Origin: Octopus vulgaris
Lineage: Eukaryota
NCBI GenBank assembly: GCA_951406725.2
Contig: OX597819.1
Span: forward strand, 49,972,001 to 50,036,000
Direction of reading: 5' to 3'
Length of the DNA: 64,000 nt
The first letter of the stretch is position 1. Each line of letters begins with the position of its first letter. The notes under the pieces were generated by a model. The model did not search any database. It saw only the letters and a list, made by a program, of their open reading frames with translations, and was not told the origin of the DNA. Positions 1 through 13,226 of this stretch are shown here, piece by piece. The translations under genes and the position numbers were made by a program.

Positions 1-580
1 ACCACCATCACCACTACCATCTGTGCTACCACAACCACAACCACTCCAACCACTACCACAACCACCACCACCGTTACCACCTCCACGGCTATTAAACTAC
101 CATCTCCATCATCACTGTGGCCTTGATTACAGCACGGCTGCCATCACGCACCACTAAGACCACACCAGCCACGCCATCATCATTATCACTACAAAGACAA
201 CCACCACCACCACCACCATCATCATCATCTCAATAAATACCGACAATACAACCATCACATCACTATTACAACCACCACCATCACCACCATCACCACCACC
301 ACCACCACCACCACCACCACCTCCACTACTACTTCTTCCACGCTCCCCCCATCGACGGCGCCGTCACCATTCATCATGACCACTCTTACTCTGAATTCTT
401 TGACCACCCCCACCAACACCAACACCAACACCATCGTCCCAATGACCAGCATCACCACCACAGCCACCACCACCACCACCATCATCACCACCACTATCAT
501 TATCATCATCACGGTGACCACTTTTATCACAGCCACTACTCCCCACCACGGCCACCACCACCACCACCACCACCACCGCC
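1..580. repeat. Degenerate (ACC/ATC)n trinucleotide low-complexity tract
   Basis: Runs of accaccacc/atcatc; the overlapping ORFs are poly-V/T/G artefacts. Confidence 0.9.
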
Positions 581-782
581 TATTCTCCATCTACATCGCA
601 CCCGTCTGGGTAAATTCTTTGTATTTATCCCAACTTCGTTATGTCTGCCGGTCTGGCACAAGATCAAAGGAAAAGAGTGCGCGCGCGTAATTGTGTGTGT
701 GTGTCTGCGTGAATAAGTATAAGTACGTGCCGTTGGTGTTCGCATATAAGTATATATATATATGTTTGTATGTGCCTCTGTG

Positions 783-822
<40 letters not shown>

Positions 823-829
823 CGCGTGC

Positions 830-879
<50 letters not shown>

Positions 880-1329
880 GTGCGTGTGCGTGTGCGTGTA
901 TTGGCGTAAATAGGAAAGGGAATCAGCTTATAGAGTGTCAAAAGGTCAGAAAATGATCACTTTTCGTTCTTTGACTTCACTGATTTCCTTTCTGAAGTCA
1001 AAATAGTCTCCGCTCAGTTGTATCTCTCTGCTTTCTACCTCAATGTAATACGTACATACATATAATTTATGCTCATATATATATCCATATATATATATCT
1101 ACATATATGTGTGTGTGTATGTATGTGCGTGTGCATGTGTGTTATAATATATAATATATAATATATATATATATATATGCCTGTGAGCGTATGTTGATGT
1201 ATGTGAGAGTGGTGTAGAGTGTGTATAAAGAGAATAATGGGTGAGGTCTGAGCGGGAGTGTGCAAATATGCCTCTCTGTGTATGTGCACGTGTGTTGTTG
1301 GTATAGTGCTAAGACGTGTGTGCGTATTA

Positions 1330-1378
<49 letters not shown>

Positions 1379-1658
1379 CATACATATTTATATACAGACA
1401 TATATATATATACACATATATATATCCATATATATATATATATATATTATATATATGTATATATATATATATATAATAGAGAGAGAGAGAGAGAGAGAGA
1501 GAGATTTCATATGAAGTTAGTATGTAATCATATATAATTACATACATCATTTTTCTCTCCCTCTGTCTTGGCATCCGTCTCTCTTTCTTTCTCTCACTCT
1601 CTCTTTGCATACATATACACACAGACATACACACGCACATACATATTTATACATGCAT

Positions 1659-1693
<35 letters not shown>

Positions 1694-2596
1694 AATATAT
1701 ATGTATAACCGCATTCATACATATATACACATGTATTTATGTATACTTACACACAGAAATACAACCAAACATCCACTCACATAAATACGCACACACACAC
1801 ACACACACCCATACTTAAGCATGAAACCGCATGCGCGTGCACGCTCACATACACACACGCACACATACGCACACGCACACATACGCACACGCACACACAA
1901 TCATATATCTATACAAAAATCAATATTAGCACCTGAGAGGCCCTTTTAAATTGCTGTATCACAGTTGAACCGGCCTAGTAGAAGTTCTGTAAATATACAG
2001 TTGCTTCAACATCGACGGAAATTTAATGCCTTCCATTTGATGTTTCGGTTTTGAATCACCAATGATTATGGCTCTTTTTATTACGGGGATGTCAAATTAT
2101 TGTACACATTGCTGTTATAACTGTTTATTCCTACTGTCTGATTACTTTAGCAATGTTATATTGGCTTGTTGTTTTAGTTGGTTTTATTTTACGCAGGCTG
2201 CTCTTCCCCTTTCACCTTTCTCCTCCACAACGTAACATATCGCAGCACAACACAACACAAACACAACGCTATACCGTGCCTCACTGCTCCACACGGCTCC
2301 ACGTCGCCTCCACGCTGCATTACACCATATAGTTTCACATTGCCTTCTCCAAACCAGTTCTCTTCTGTTTGTCCTTTGTTCGGAAGAAGTCTCCAAATTG
2401 AGTTCTTCTCCTTCATTTCTCTACCTATAACGCTGTTCGTTGTCCTCTTATACAAAGGACCAAGCTTCAACCCCACAGCTTCCTCTAATTCATTCTGTCG
2501 TAGCAGCTTTCAACCTTTCAATGGAAGTAGTAGCGTCTCAAGGCATGGACACACTAGGTGGTGGTGGGCCCGGGGTGGGGGTTGGGGAGGAATTTG

Positions 2597-3127
2597 TTTC
2601 CCTACGAGAGTTGCGTACCCCAGTTATGAACTCATTTGCATACAGCCAATCAGAGTTCAACTATCAAACTAATCTATGAGCGCATAACAAGTGACGGGCG
2701 ATAAGATAAGACCACTTGGGTAAGGAATGACCATGCTTCTTTTTCTCTTTTAATAATGCTTTTTGTTCTTGTTCTTGTTTCAAACATGGTTGCCTCTGCG
2801 TAGTTATTTGTGTTGTTTACTTTGTAAAGCAGTAAGGGGAGAGGGTTGCTAGCACATCACCCTCTACCCACAGTTTTCCCATCCCCATCTTTACCGTATA
2901 GGGCCCTAACAAAATTCGATAATAGGTATAGATGCCAATCTATCTAATTACTTGTCCCCTTCTAAAGTCAGACATAACTTGGGCGATCGGTCGACTTACA
3001 ACACTGTTCTTCGTCTTGAGTTTACTTGGCGGAGTGTGTTTGTTAACTTGACAACAAGATCAAGATGAGCTCTGATTGGCTGTATGCAAATGAGTTCATT
3101 ACTGGGGTCCGGGACTCTCGTGGGAAA
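2597..3127. mobile_element. MITE-like element with ~60-bp terminal inverted repeats
   Basis: 2597-2659 tttccctacgagag...aactcatttgcatacagccaatcagagttca is an imperfect reverse complement of 3066-3127 tgagctctgattggctgtatgcaaatgagtt...ctctcgtgggaaa; no internal ORF; TSD not clear. Confidence 0.7.
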
Positions 3128-3384
3128 AAAAGCCTTCGCCGCCCGGCACCTCACGGATCTACGTTTCTTTTTACTATTTATCTTTTACTGCGGCTATGCT
3201 GGGGCATCACCTTGAATAATTTTTTGTCGAACCAACCAGCCCCAGTACTATGTGTGTCTATGTTTAGTTAGTGTGTGTGTGCGTGTGTGTGTGTGGGGGA
3301 AGTGCCTGTAATATTTGTATCTCCTGTTTATACACGTTCGTGTAATTTGTTTTATTTTTATTTTGTTCATGTGTTTACACCTAC

Positions 3385-3458
<74 letters not shown>

Positions 3459-3643
3459 TGGTTGTATTTAGTTTAATTTTTTTTAATGTATATAATTATT
3501 TACTTCCATTTGTTTATTTGTTTATACACACATAGAGGAATACGCATGCGCAAATGAAAACACATACATTAGGAATACAAAATACAAAATGGCTGACCGT
3601 TAGTAAGGAGAGACACACAAATAAGAAAGAAGAAAGCAAAGGA

Positions 3644-3683
3644 CCACTGATGAGGTCACAGAAGTGTGACGAAAGAACTCTGG
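3644..3683 (+). ncRNA. Minimal type I hammerhead ribozyme motif
   Basis: CCA CTGATGA G GTCACA-gaag-TGTGAC GAAA GAAC TC TGG: core, 6-bp stem II, short stem I CCA/TGG; (TA)n downstream at ~3849. Confidence 0.7.
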
Positions 3684-4262
3684 CTGAAATAAGATTAAGA
3701 TTAATGTAAAAAATAAATAACGTTAAAGCAAATTAACACCAAATATTTAGTGCGTGTGTTTTCATTGGCTAAACTGGCAACATGACCATTCCTAAATACA
3801 ACATCTGTTTCAACACACGATTTCACATCAAGAATCTTGCAAAACAAATATATATATATAAACTGGGCGTCCATATAAAATTTTATTGTTGAAATTTATC
3901 TGCAATAAATATGTTATACTTCTACAATACACAAAATATTTTAATTATTTTTATACAATTCCTAATAATATTTAATTATAAAAATATAATAAGATTCTTT
4001 AGACATTGAATGGTTAGGAGGGTCCATCCGTGTAAAATAGAAACCAAAGGACCACTGAAAAGGTTTGAGAAACACTGATATAAATTAATTCTCCTCAGAC
4101 ACCGGGCTTTTGAAAGATCTTTCTGCTTAACAATAAACCCTTTTTCTCGGTTTCGTCGCCCATTTAATCGATGTTATATGTAATTAAAAATTAAGTATGT
4201 AATTAAATAAATAAGCAGAAATGACCAAGAACAATTACGTGGTTAATGGGGATGTCTTTGAT

Positions 4263-4772
4263 CTTTTATCTTTTACTTGTTTCGGTCATTGGACTGCGGC
4301 CATGATGGGGCACTGCCTTGACAGGTTTAGTCTAACAAATCGACTCCAGCGTTTTAGGCCTGGTATTTATTCTATCGGTCTCTTTTGCCGAACGGCTGTG
4401 TTACGGAGACGTAAACAAATCGATACCGGTTGTCAAACGGTATGCGGGGTACAAACACGGATACACACACACACACACACGCACGCATACACACACGCGC
4501 ACGCATACACACACGCATGCATACACACACACTCTCTCTCTCACACACACACACTATCTCTCTATCTCCTCTCTCTCTTTCCCTCTCTCTCTCTCTTTCT
4601 CCCACACACATATAAGATGAGCTTCTTCCATTTTCCGTCAACCAAATCCCACTTCCAAGAGTTTGGTCAGCCGGGCCTATGGTAGAAGACAATTGTCCAA
4701 AGAGCCGCTTGGTGGGACTGAACCCAAGAACACATGTTTGGTAAGCAAACTTCATACCAACACAACCACGCC
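4263..4772 (-). mobile_element. SINE family A copy (diverged)
   Basis: Reverse-complement similarity to 42161-42600 (tttacttgtttc..catt..actgcggccatg; internal CA tract; caaatcc..c..aag..tttggtc). Confidence 0.75.
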
Positions 4773-5544
4773 TGGTATATGGTATTTATTTCGTTGGTCG
4801 TATGTTTCGAACTTCAAAACGTTTTTTTAAAAGACTAAATTTTACTCCATCCTTATAACGAGTAATTATACATGTTACACTGCAGCGTCTTGAGATTTTA
4901 GTTTTAACCCATTGAACTTCTGTGCTACATAGATGGACCTCCATGGGACCGTGGACAACATGATGGGAATCACTATTCAACAGAATTCTTATCCTGTCAT
5001 TTTGATAATCCGGTACTAGCTTCCATAATTGTACAGCGGTCATGATGAAGCCGGCATTTTAGGGTATAGTCACCTACCTCGACCATCACCAAGTGCTTAC
5101 TGAATTGTGTTATCGTTTGGTAATCATTCTGTCAATAGCAGAAGAATCAGAAGCAAGAGGAACCAGGAGAGGATCTTAACTCAAAATATAAAGGCTCAAA
5201 ACTATAAATATAAAGGCTCAAAACCACAAGGTATTTATTTTGTCCAGCGCCATTCATTCTATTGACTTGATTTAATGAATTCTTAAGAAACTGAATCCGT
5301 GTTACTTGCCTGTGGTCTCCGTTTTGCATAGTTACAAAAAAAAAAAAAAAATTCAAGCGATTTCTATATTTTTTTCTCTCTCTAACTTGCTGAGTATTAT
5401 GATTGCTACTCAAATACTAAGTACTTCTCTGTTTGGCTATCAAGGTTATGTGGCACTCAAAACGATTTTATCATAATATTTGCATGGTGTATGTAGTTGA
5501 GAGTCTTATAAATTAAACATATATGATATTATAAAAAAAAATCT

Positions 5545-5858
5545 GGCACTCGGTCGGTTATAAGAAGTGTCGTAGTTGATCCGGTCAACAGAACATGTTA
5601 GTCAAGATCACCTGCAAGTGGCCGAGCACTCTATAGACACTCTTGCCCTTAATGTTGTTTTCGGGAGAGTTTCAGCACGATACAGGTTGTGTAGCTTTTG
5701 AATTACAGATACAACTCATTTTTGGCAGTTGAATGAACTGGAGCAATGTGAAATAAAGTGTCTTGCTAAAGAACACAACACACAACCCGGTTCGGGAATT
5801 GAACTCACGATTTTACGATCGTGGGTCAAATACCCTAACCACTACGCTACGCACCTTC
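5545..5858 (-). mobile_element. tRNA-derived SINE family B-related copy (diverged)
   Basis: Reverse complement has tagtggttaggg A-box and gagttcaattccc B-box, and body similar to 8836-9215/11173-11497. Confidence 0.65.
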
Positions 5859-6789
5859 ACAGATTGTAAAAACAACACCCCAAAGACCAGATTCACTCTT
5901 CAGTTATAGAAAATACTTGAGCTCTGATGAGTTCTTCGTCTATTAAAATGCTTTTAAAAGGATCACGGAAGATTTCATATCTGAAACTGTGCTACTGCAG
6001 TTATGTGCTTAAACATCCTAGACTGCATTTAAAAAATGGCCATCCAGCTGATTGTCAAAAACTAATTAGACTCGGAGACAATGCCAAAACAGTTAATGTA
6101 GCTAGGAGTGAGAGTGGGGCGATGTGGACGATCGGCTTTTATGAGGCCAGCCCTTTTGAGTGTACGTTAGCTTATAGGAGCCCCAGAGATGGTGGTGGAA
6201 AATTTGAGGGCTGCTCCGAGCGGAACATAATCTAGCTGCGTCACTGTGCGAAGGTCATGGGTACAGTAATTTGTTCCTGATTAAAACATTAAAAATAAAA
6301 CCCAGCCCACTTCCTTATCTCACACAAACACCCATTGTTGTTCTCATTGTCTCTTCTATCTCTAATACAACGACTTCTGGTCCTCTTAAGTAGCAAGCTG
6401 CGTAATCAAGTGCACTCCATGCACTCGCTTCCTCTCCTCTTATCAGTAAATACTCTATCTTGTACCTCTTAACTTTTCTAGAGAGCCTTTTCTCAGAACT
6501 ATAATTGTCAACATATAAAAGTATAAACTAGGCATAGAATAGATCAGCCTAAACTGAACAGTTTTAACAAAGGTCGTTACTATTGTTCCTCTCGCACAGA
6601 CTTACGCGAGAAGACTCAAAAGTGCCCGTCCTCATTCGCTCAGGGCGAATCGAATCCTATAGCTACATTATTGGTCGTGCATACTCCTGAAACAATGAGA
6701 TAACCACGACTGACCACGGGTCGACTCAATCAGCGTTGACCAATGGTTGAAGAAGACCAACTTCAACTCGTTCTTCAACGTCGACACAC

Positions 6790-7180
6790 CAAGAGGTGTT
6801 CATTGGAATTTGTGTGGAAAAATATGGATTTGAAAACTCTGCAAGGTGAATATAGCAATAAGGATAGAAAATGTTAGAGGAAAACAACAATGCTAAAAAT
6901 CTATGGCTCTTTAACATCTAAACAGACCTGGTCATCGATCAGGAAAAACCTGATATTACGGTTGTCGATATAGAAATGAAAGTATGTTTATTTGATCAAC
7001 ATTGCTATGTATGTATATGCAGACTATTATATTGTCCAGAAGAAGTTTGAGAAAATAGATTAGTATTCAGAAAATCGGTCGAATTCTCAAGAAGGTAAGA
7101 AAGAAAAAATGACAGATGCAAATACCTATAATAATAATCGTCAGACCTCTAGGCTTAATACTCCAAAGATTTTGCATTCA
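6790..7180 (+). pseudogene. Decayed R4/Dong-like non-LTR retrotransposon, restriction-like endonuclease region
   Basis: Translation across stops/frameshifts gives HWNLCGKYGFE...VLEENNNAKNLW..NI*TD.VI..EKPDITVVD..KVCL, matching the PD-(D/E)xK RLE region of R4-clade elements. Confidence 0.6.
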
Positions 7181-7535
7181 AACTCTTAAATAATTACAAA
7201 TATGTTTTTAAAAAATCGAACCTTAACACCTTACAAATATCTAAATTGTATGCGTTGCATACATTTTAATAAATGACCTTTCTACCTGTAATCTTTAGAC
7301 AACTATTGGAAAGAAATCATTATTTACAATTTCCGGTAGTCAACGCCTACACAATATGTATATTATGTTTATATATATATATGTATATTATGTTTTTATA
7401 TATATATATATAAGATAATAAATCGTATGGTATACACCTGATAGCTTACTGGTAAAGCCCGTTCACTTTCACAGTGTTCGTTCAGTATTTAAATAATGAG
7501 AGAGACGGAAGATGGAAGATACGATAATGTTTATT

Positions 7536-7627
7536 AATCACTACAATTGTTTCGACCCATCTAGCATCGATCTCTCATGGGTGGTGTAAGAGTATCCAAC
7601 GGTGTAAATGTGTCTCTGCAGGTGATT
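7536..7627 (-). ncRNA. Hammerhead-like motif with extended stem II
   Basis: Minus strand: AATCAC CTGCAGA GACACAT...ATGGGTC GAAA CAATTG TA GTGATT; perfect 6-bp stem I, palindromic stem III ACAATTGT; core has C at position 6. Confidence 0.65.
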
Positions 7628-7921
7628 ACAAGATGTACCCCGTTAAAATTTAAAAAAAAAAACTGTTCCGCAAGATATCTTCTCGGTTTGTGTATAGAAC
7701 AGCAACAAATTAAAGGATACAGCATCGTTATTATATAAGACCGATAATAAATTTCAGATGTAACGAATACAGAATACAACGAAAAAAGTTTTAAATATAA
7801 CCGTTAACAAATATGGCTGTATGGCTTGGCGCACGTTCACTCGCTCGTACAAATATCCACGAAGATATAAGCAACCACACAAGTGTGATTTGGCGCACAC
7901 AACGACTTAAATAGCTACTTA

Positions 7922-8318
7922 TCTTTATACATAAAAGTCAAGTTGTGTGTCTGTCTCCTACGATTTAGATTCCTAACTACTCCCACATTTTGCGGTGCAG
8001 TTTAACCAAAATCGGGTATCTTATAGTCGTGATTCATATCGAGCCTATCTGGGTATTAGCGCACGTCTACGATGAGTCTACGATTTAAAAAATAATTTAT
8101 CATCATTTATTTCCATTTTAATGCATTTTTTCGCTATTATATAAGGGAAGTAACTCTCTAAAAATGTCTACGATGAGTCAACGATTTAAAAAAAAATTAC
8201 CATAATTTTTTTTCCATTTTTAATGCATTTTTTTTCTATTTTTTGGCTATAACTCTCTAAAAATGCTTATATAGTTACTTCCCTTACAAACCCGAGCAAC
8301 GCCGGGCGATACTGCTAG
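7922..8318 (+). mobile_element. Non-autonomous Helitron
   Basis: A|TC start (atctttatac), subterminal hairpin cccgagcaacgccggg, CTAG|T end, internal tandem duplication (gtctacgatgagtc..acgatttaaaaa x2). Confidence 0.75.
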
Positions 8319-8627
8319 TTGTTCATAAGAATGGGGAGACTAGAGTTAAATTCATCCATACCTTAAGGGAAGTTATGATTATTAATATGGTTAACGGTTA
8401 CTCAAATTCATTCCCACTGCATTGTGTGAAAGTGTATTTATAAGCATGTAAGCATCTTGAGTCTTTCAGAAATTCTATTAATGATCTCATTGGTCCACAA
8501 AACCATATAATATTCTGTATATATATAAATAAGTTCAGTAAAAATTTAGATTGAGATGAATATGGTACTTAAGTTAAAGGCACCAGAATTTGGTATGGTA
8601 TTATACATATAAATCAAATGGGGTGAT

Positions 8628-8786
8628 TATAATCAAAACAAGCAACAAGGATATCCAAAGGTAGTGCAGTACAATGCTCTACATTTTAAAACTGATGTAA
8701 TACTTATATTGTTTAATTAAATGAAGTAGCATGAAACGATTGTACTGCACTACCTTTGGATATCCTTGTTGCTTATTTTGATTATA
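8628..8786. repeat. ~48-bp inverted repeat ending in (TA)n
   Basis: tataatcaaaacaagcaacaaggatatccaaaggtagtgcagtacaat (8628-8675) vs attgtactgcactacctttggatatccttgttgcttattttgattata (8739-8786). Confidence 0.85.
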
Positions 8787-8835
8787 TATATATATATGCC
8801 TGTCTCTTTCCCTCTCTCTATATATATATCTGTGT

Positions 8836-9215
8836 GGAGGCGCAATGGCCCAGTGGTTAGGGCAGCGGACTCGCGGTCGTAGGACAGCGATTTCGATTCC
8901 CAGACCGGGCGTTGTGAGTGGTTATTGAGTGAAAACACCTAAAGCTCCCCGAGGCTCCGGCAGGGAGTGGTGGCGAACCCTGCTGTACTCTTTCACCACA
9001 ACTTTCTCTCACTCTTTCTTTCTGTTTCTGTTGTACCTGTATTTCAAAGGGTCAGTCTTAACACACTCTGTGTCGCGCTGAATCTCCCCGAGAACTAAGT
9101 AAAGGGTACACGTGTCTGTGGAGTGCTCAGCCACTTACGCTTTAATTTCACGGGCAGGCTGCTCCGTTGATCGGATCAACTGGAATCCTCGTCGTCGTAA
9201 CCGACGGAGTGCCAC
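8836..9215 (+). mobile_element. tRNA-derived SINE family B
   Basis: ggaggcgcaatggcccagtggttagggcagcggactcgcggtcgtagga..tttcgattcc tRNA-like head; near-identical copy at 42848. Confidence 0.85.
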
Positions 9216-10978
9216 GATATCTGTGTGGATGAGTGTGTGTGTATGTGTGTGAGTATGTGAGTGTGCGTGCGTGTGTGTGTGTGTGTGTGTGTGTGTTATA
9301 TTCGTAAAAAGGGACAAAAAAACTACTCCTCGAAGAAGGATTTTGTCCAAGACACCGAATATTCCAATCCCCAAGATATTGTTTTCTACCATGAAATTTA
9401 ACGCTAGTCCCATTTTCCACGATATATGAAAACTTCACTAAGGGAACATTTCAATTTTCACTCAAACAAATCCACTTATAATATGTATATTTCGAATTGT
9501 TTACCATTTTGAAACAACTACTCTTTCACTTTTCGCATTTCGTATTTTCGTATTTTTTTTTGCACACTACCTCACCACATTTTTTATAAAAAAGAAAAAG
9601 ATTAAAAAAAGAAAAGAAAAAACGTTCCATGTGCTTTCAGGAATTTCCATTTGTGGAGCTTCTCTCAAAAGAAGAAGGAAAAAAAATTCTGATTTTCGAG
9701 GCTTTGGATTTAGGCATTTTTGGATAAAGTTTTATCATCAACTGTATACATAATTATTTTTGATTCAATGAAACAAATTAACAAAAGGCCTGATAGGAAC
9801 CAGAATGCATCTTAAGTTTTCATCGTGTTTGAGATTGGAATAAAACTCATTTACAGTTACATAACATTCGCTACGTCATCGTTCGATCACCAAATTTTTA
9901 TAAGTTACAATGTCTGACATTTTCTTTTTAAGAGATTCTCTAAAATCTTACAGATAATCTACTTTTCATTTCGCATATGAATTTTATTTTATTATATTTT
10001 ATTCTATTCTATTCTTTTCCAATATTGTTTGCTTTATTCTCTAATTTGTCTTTTTTCTTTTTAAATTTTTTTACACATTTCCTTTACGCATACGTACGCT
10101 CACACGCATATATAGAGTTACACATATTCTGTTTATCTTTTGACTGGTTTCAGCAAAAAGCAGACATAAAAATCATACAGAACAGTTTATTAGAAAGAAG
10201 CCGGTTTCGTAATAGTTTTAAAGTAAAATCGTAATTGATTTTACAGTAAATAATAAATTATTTTCGAGGGATTATAAACAAGAAAGCAAAAAACAAAAAA
10301 AAAAGTGATCGGAAAATGAATAAGCACTCATATACATATACACACGCATACGTACATACATACATATATACATACAAACACACACACATACACACACATA
10401 CACACATACACACACATACATACATACATACATACATACATACATACATACATACATACATACATGCATACATACATGCATACATACATACATATATAAA
10501 GATATGTCCGTATGTATATATATGTGCATATGTATATATATACATACATACGCATATGTATACATACATATGTGCGTATCTATATGCGTGTATATAGAGT
10601 TATACTTATATCCATTCATACATACACACACAATATATACGTGCGTGCATACATGCATACTTGACTTGCATACATACATATACTTACGTTCAAGACATAT
10701 CTTAGCGTTTGAGTCGGTGTAAAGGGAGGGGGTAGGGGGGGAAAGTAATTATTTTCAGATTTCTAGCTTAATGTAGATATTTCCCAATATAAGTGCTGTT
10801 CTTTTCATTCTCCAAGACAATGAATCTTTTGTTAATGAAGACTTCAATTTTGCTGATGCTAAGTAAGTAATATCGGCACAGAACACTTTTCCTTATAGAT
10901 TTCTCTGCGAAGGCATATACACTCGATGTGAGGGATATATAAACACAAGTGCATAGACGAATACATGGTGATACGTGA

Positions 10979-11014
<36 letters not shown>

Positions 11015-11172
11015 GCAGACACAGAGAGATTTGGCGCATCTCTTTGTGGATAGATATACTCCACTTCATCACATAGAAGTTATGAAGTAGCTAGACATAT
11101 ACATGTACAAGTGGGATAGGTATGCCCTATAAATGATGTTGAGTATACTGTGTGTCTGTATATATGTATGTG

Positions 11173-11497
11173 AAGGCGCTTAGCTAAGTGGTTAGAGTAT
11201 TCGGCTCGCGATTATAAGAACGTGAGTTCGATAGCTGGCGGTGCGTTGTGTCTTTGAGCAAGACACTTTATTTCAAGTGGCACTAGTCGACTCAGCTGGT
11301 TAAAAATTAGTAATACCTGTAATCCAAAAGGGGGGTAGCTTTGTCACAATCTGTATCACGCTCAATCTCCCTGGGAACTACCTTAAGGGTACACGTGTCT
11401 GTCGAGTGCTCAACCGCTTGCATGTTAATTCCACGGACTGGCTATTCCGTTGATCATATCAGCTGGAAACCCCGTCGTCGTAACTGACGAAGTGCCA
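11173..11497 (+). mobile_element. tRNA-derived SINE, family B-related
   Basis: tagctaagtggttagag A-box, gagttcgat B-box, 3' body shared with 8836-9215 (ctgaatctccc..gaactac.ttaagggtacacgtgtctgt). Confidence 0.7.
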
Positions 11498-11521
11498 GTT
11501 ATGTATGCATTATGTATATAC

Positions 11522-11578
<57 letters not shown>

Positions 11579-11585
11579 TATATAT

Positions 11586-11626
<41 letters not shown>

Positions 11627-11906
11627 CACTCTACAAGATCCCTTTGAATCAACAAGACAAGGAATTGATATCTGCACACTATCCATTTGTAATAAGAAAA
11701 TATGAACTCCTCTCGGAATTTACATACCATGGACAACTATTCTACACAGCACATTCTTTGGATAATGGAACTGTAACTGTAACATCCAGCATATATTTTT
11801 ATTTTTATTTTCATAGTTCCCTCTATACTTCCTATATCTCTACCTTTCCAGAATAACGTTTTATATTGCACTCCACTCTCTCCTTCTAGTTAACTCTCTC
11901 ATATTA

Positions 11907-11952
11907 TCTCTGATGATGGAATATCTTTTATATCCCTGAAACAACTGTAAGA
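11907..11952 (+). ncRNA. Hammerhead motif (family shared with 48163-48209)
   Basis: TCT CTGATGA TGGAATAT-cttt-TATATCCCT GAAA CAACTG TA AGA; downstream sequence aligns with reverse complement of 48100-48165. Confidence 0.6.
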
Positions 11953-12018
11953 CTATCTTTCTCTTTATAAATGTCCTAGAAATTTCAGACTGCCTTGGGT
12001 TTGTTGTCTCATTTTATT

Positions 12019-12060
<42 letters not shown>

Positions 12061-12467
12061 CTGCGCGTTTATATTTATTTATGTATAGGACATTTCTTTT
12101 ACCGGTTTCGGTCATCGGATTGCTGTCATACTGGAGCACCGCTAGCCAAGATTTTTTTTTGTGGTTCATATCTATATCTGTAGTTATTTGAGTCTGGTAA
12201 TTATTTTGTCTGTTATAGTCGAATAGTTAAGTTCCGGAAAATTCAAAGCTATACCATAAAGAATAACGCTGAGCTTTAGGTCAGTGTGAACAAAATTACA
12301 GACACTAACGCAGGAATACATCCCATCACAACAGACACACACACACGCACGCACGCACGCACGCACACACATATATACACACACATGCAGAAATACATGC
12401 CTGCATGAAAACACGTATACACATACATAAGTCCGAGAGTTTCATGCGTTAGTACTTATCAGACACC

Positions 12468-12510
<43 letters not shown>

Positions 12511-12514
<4 letters not shown>

Positions 12515-12729
12515 TCAAAATATGACCGCGTGTGTACCGTTGGCGATTTTTTTCCTCCGTCATCCCTTCTTTGGATCTTTCCTTTTCCTATGTTTCTGAC
12601 GAAGAGCTCCGCTCGAAACGTTAAACCCACCTTCTTTCCTTCTTTCCTGAGTGTCCAATAATACTATACTTGTTCCACGTCCTCGCGTTGTTGTGTTTTC
12701 TCTTTGCGTTTTCATGTTTGGATTAACTA
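12511..12729 (+). mobile_element. Solo PLE pseudo-LTR-like element in (TA)n, with HHR at 12592-12626
   Basis: GTTT CTGACGA A GAGC-tcc-GCTC GAAA CGT T AAAC; flanked by (TA)n; related to 15890-16325. Confidence 0.75.
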
Positions 12730-12737
12730 TATATATA

Positions 12738-12830
<93 letters not shown>

Positions 12831-12981
12831 AAGTAGATGAATGAATTATCTTATTACAGATAATTCAAATGATAACCGATACCTGGGTAGCAAAAATCAC
12901 AACAGAAAAAGCACGGTTGAAGTTACGACCATGGGGCATAAAATCCGTGCCTTAGTGCGGAAATTTGAAGTTTTATATATT

Positions 12982-13148
12982 AAGTGTAGGAAGAAATGGA
13001 GATGAACGAAGATTTAACAAAATTCCTTTTTATTATTTTCTACATATGTTTCGAAGGCTGCAAAGGGACTTTGCAGCCTTCGAAACATATGTAGAAAATA
13101 ATAAAAAGGAATTTTGTTAAATCTTCGTTCAGCTCCATTTCTTCCTAC

Positions 13149-13152
<4 letters not shown>
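12982..13152. repeat. Near-perfect ~84-bp-arm palindrome abutting (TA)n
   Basis: aagtgtaggaagaaatggag...ggctgcaaag ggac tttgcagccttcgaaacatatgtag...ctccatttcttcctacactt. Confidence 0.9.

Positions 13153-13226
<74 letters not shown>

Noticed and set aside
5927-5945. CTGATGAG at ~5924
   Set aside because: No downstream stem II-GAAA; chance match
6097-6369. Possible solo LTR (TGT...AATAAA...ACA)
   Set aside because: No target-site duplication and no second copy in the window
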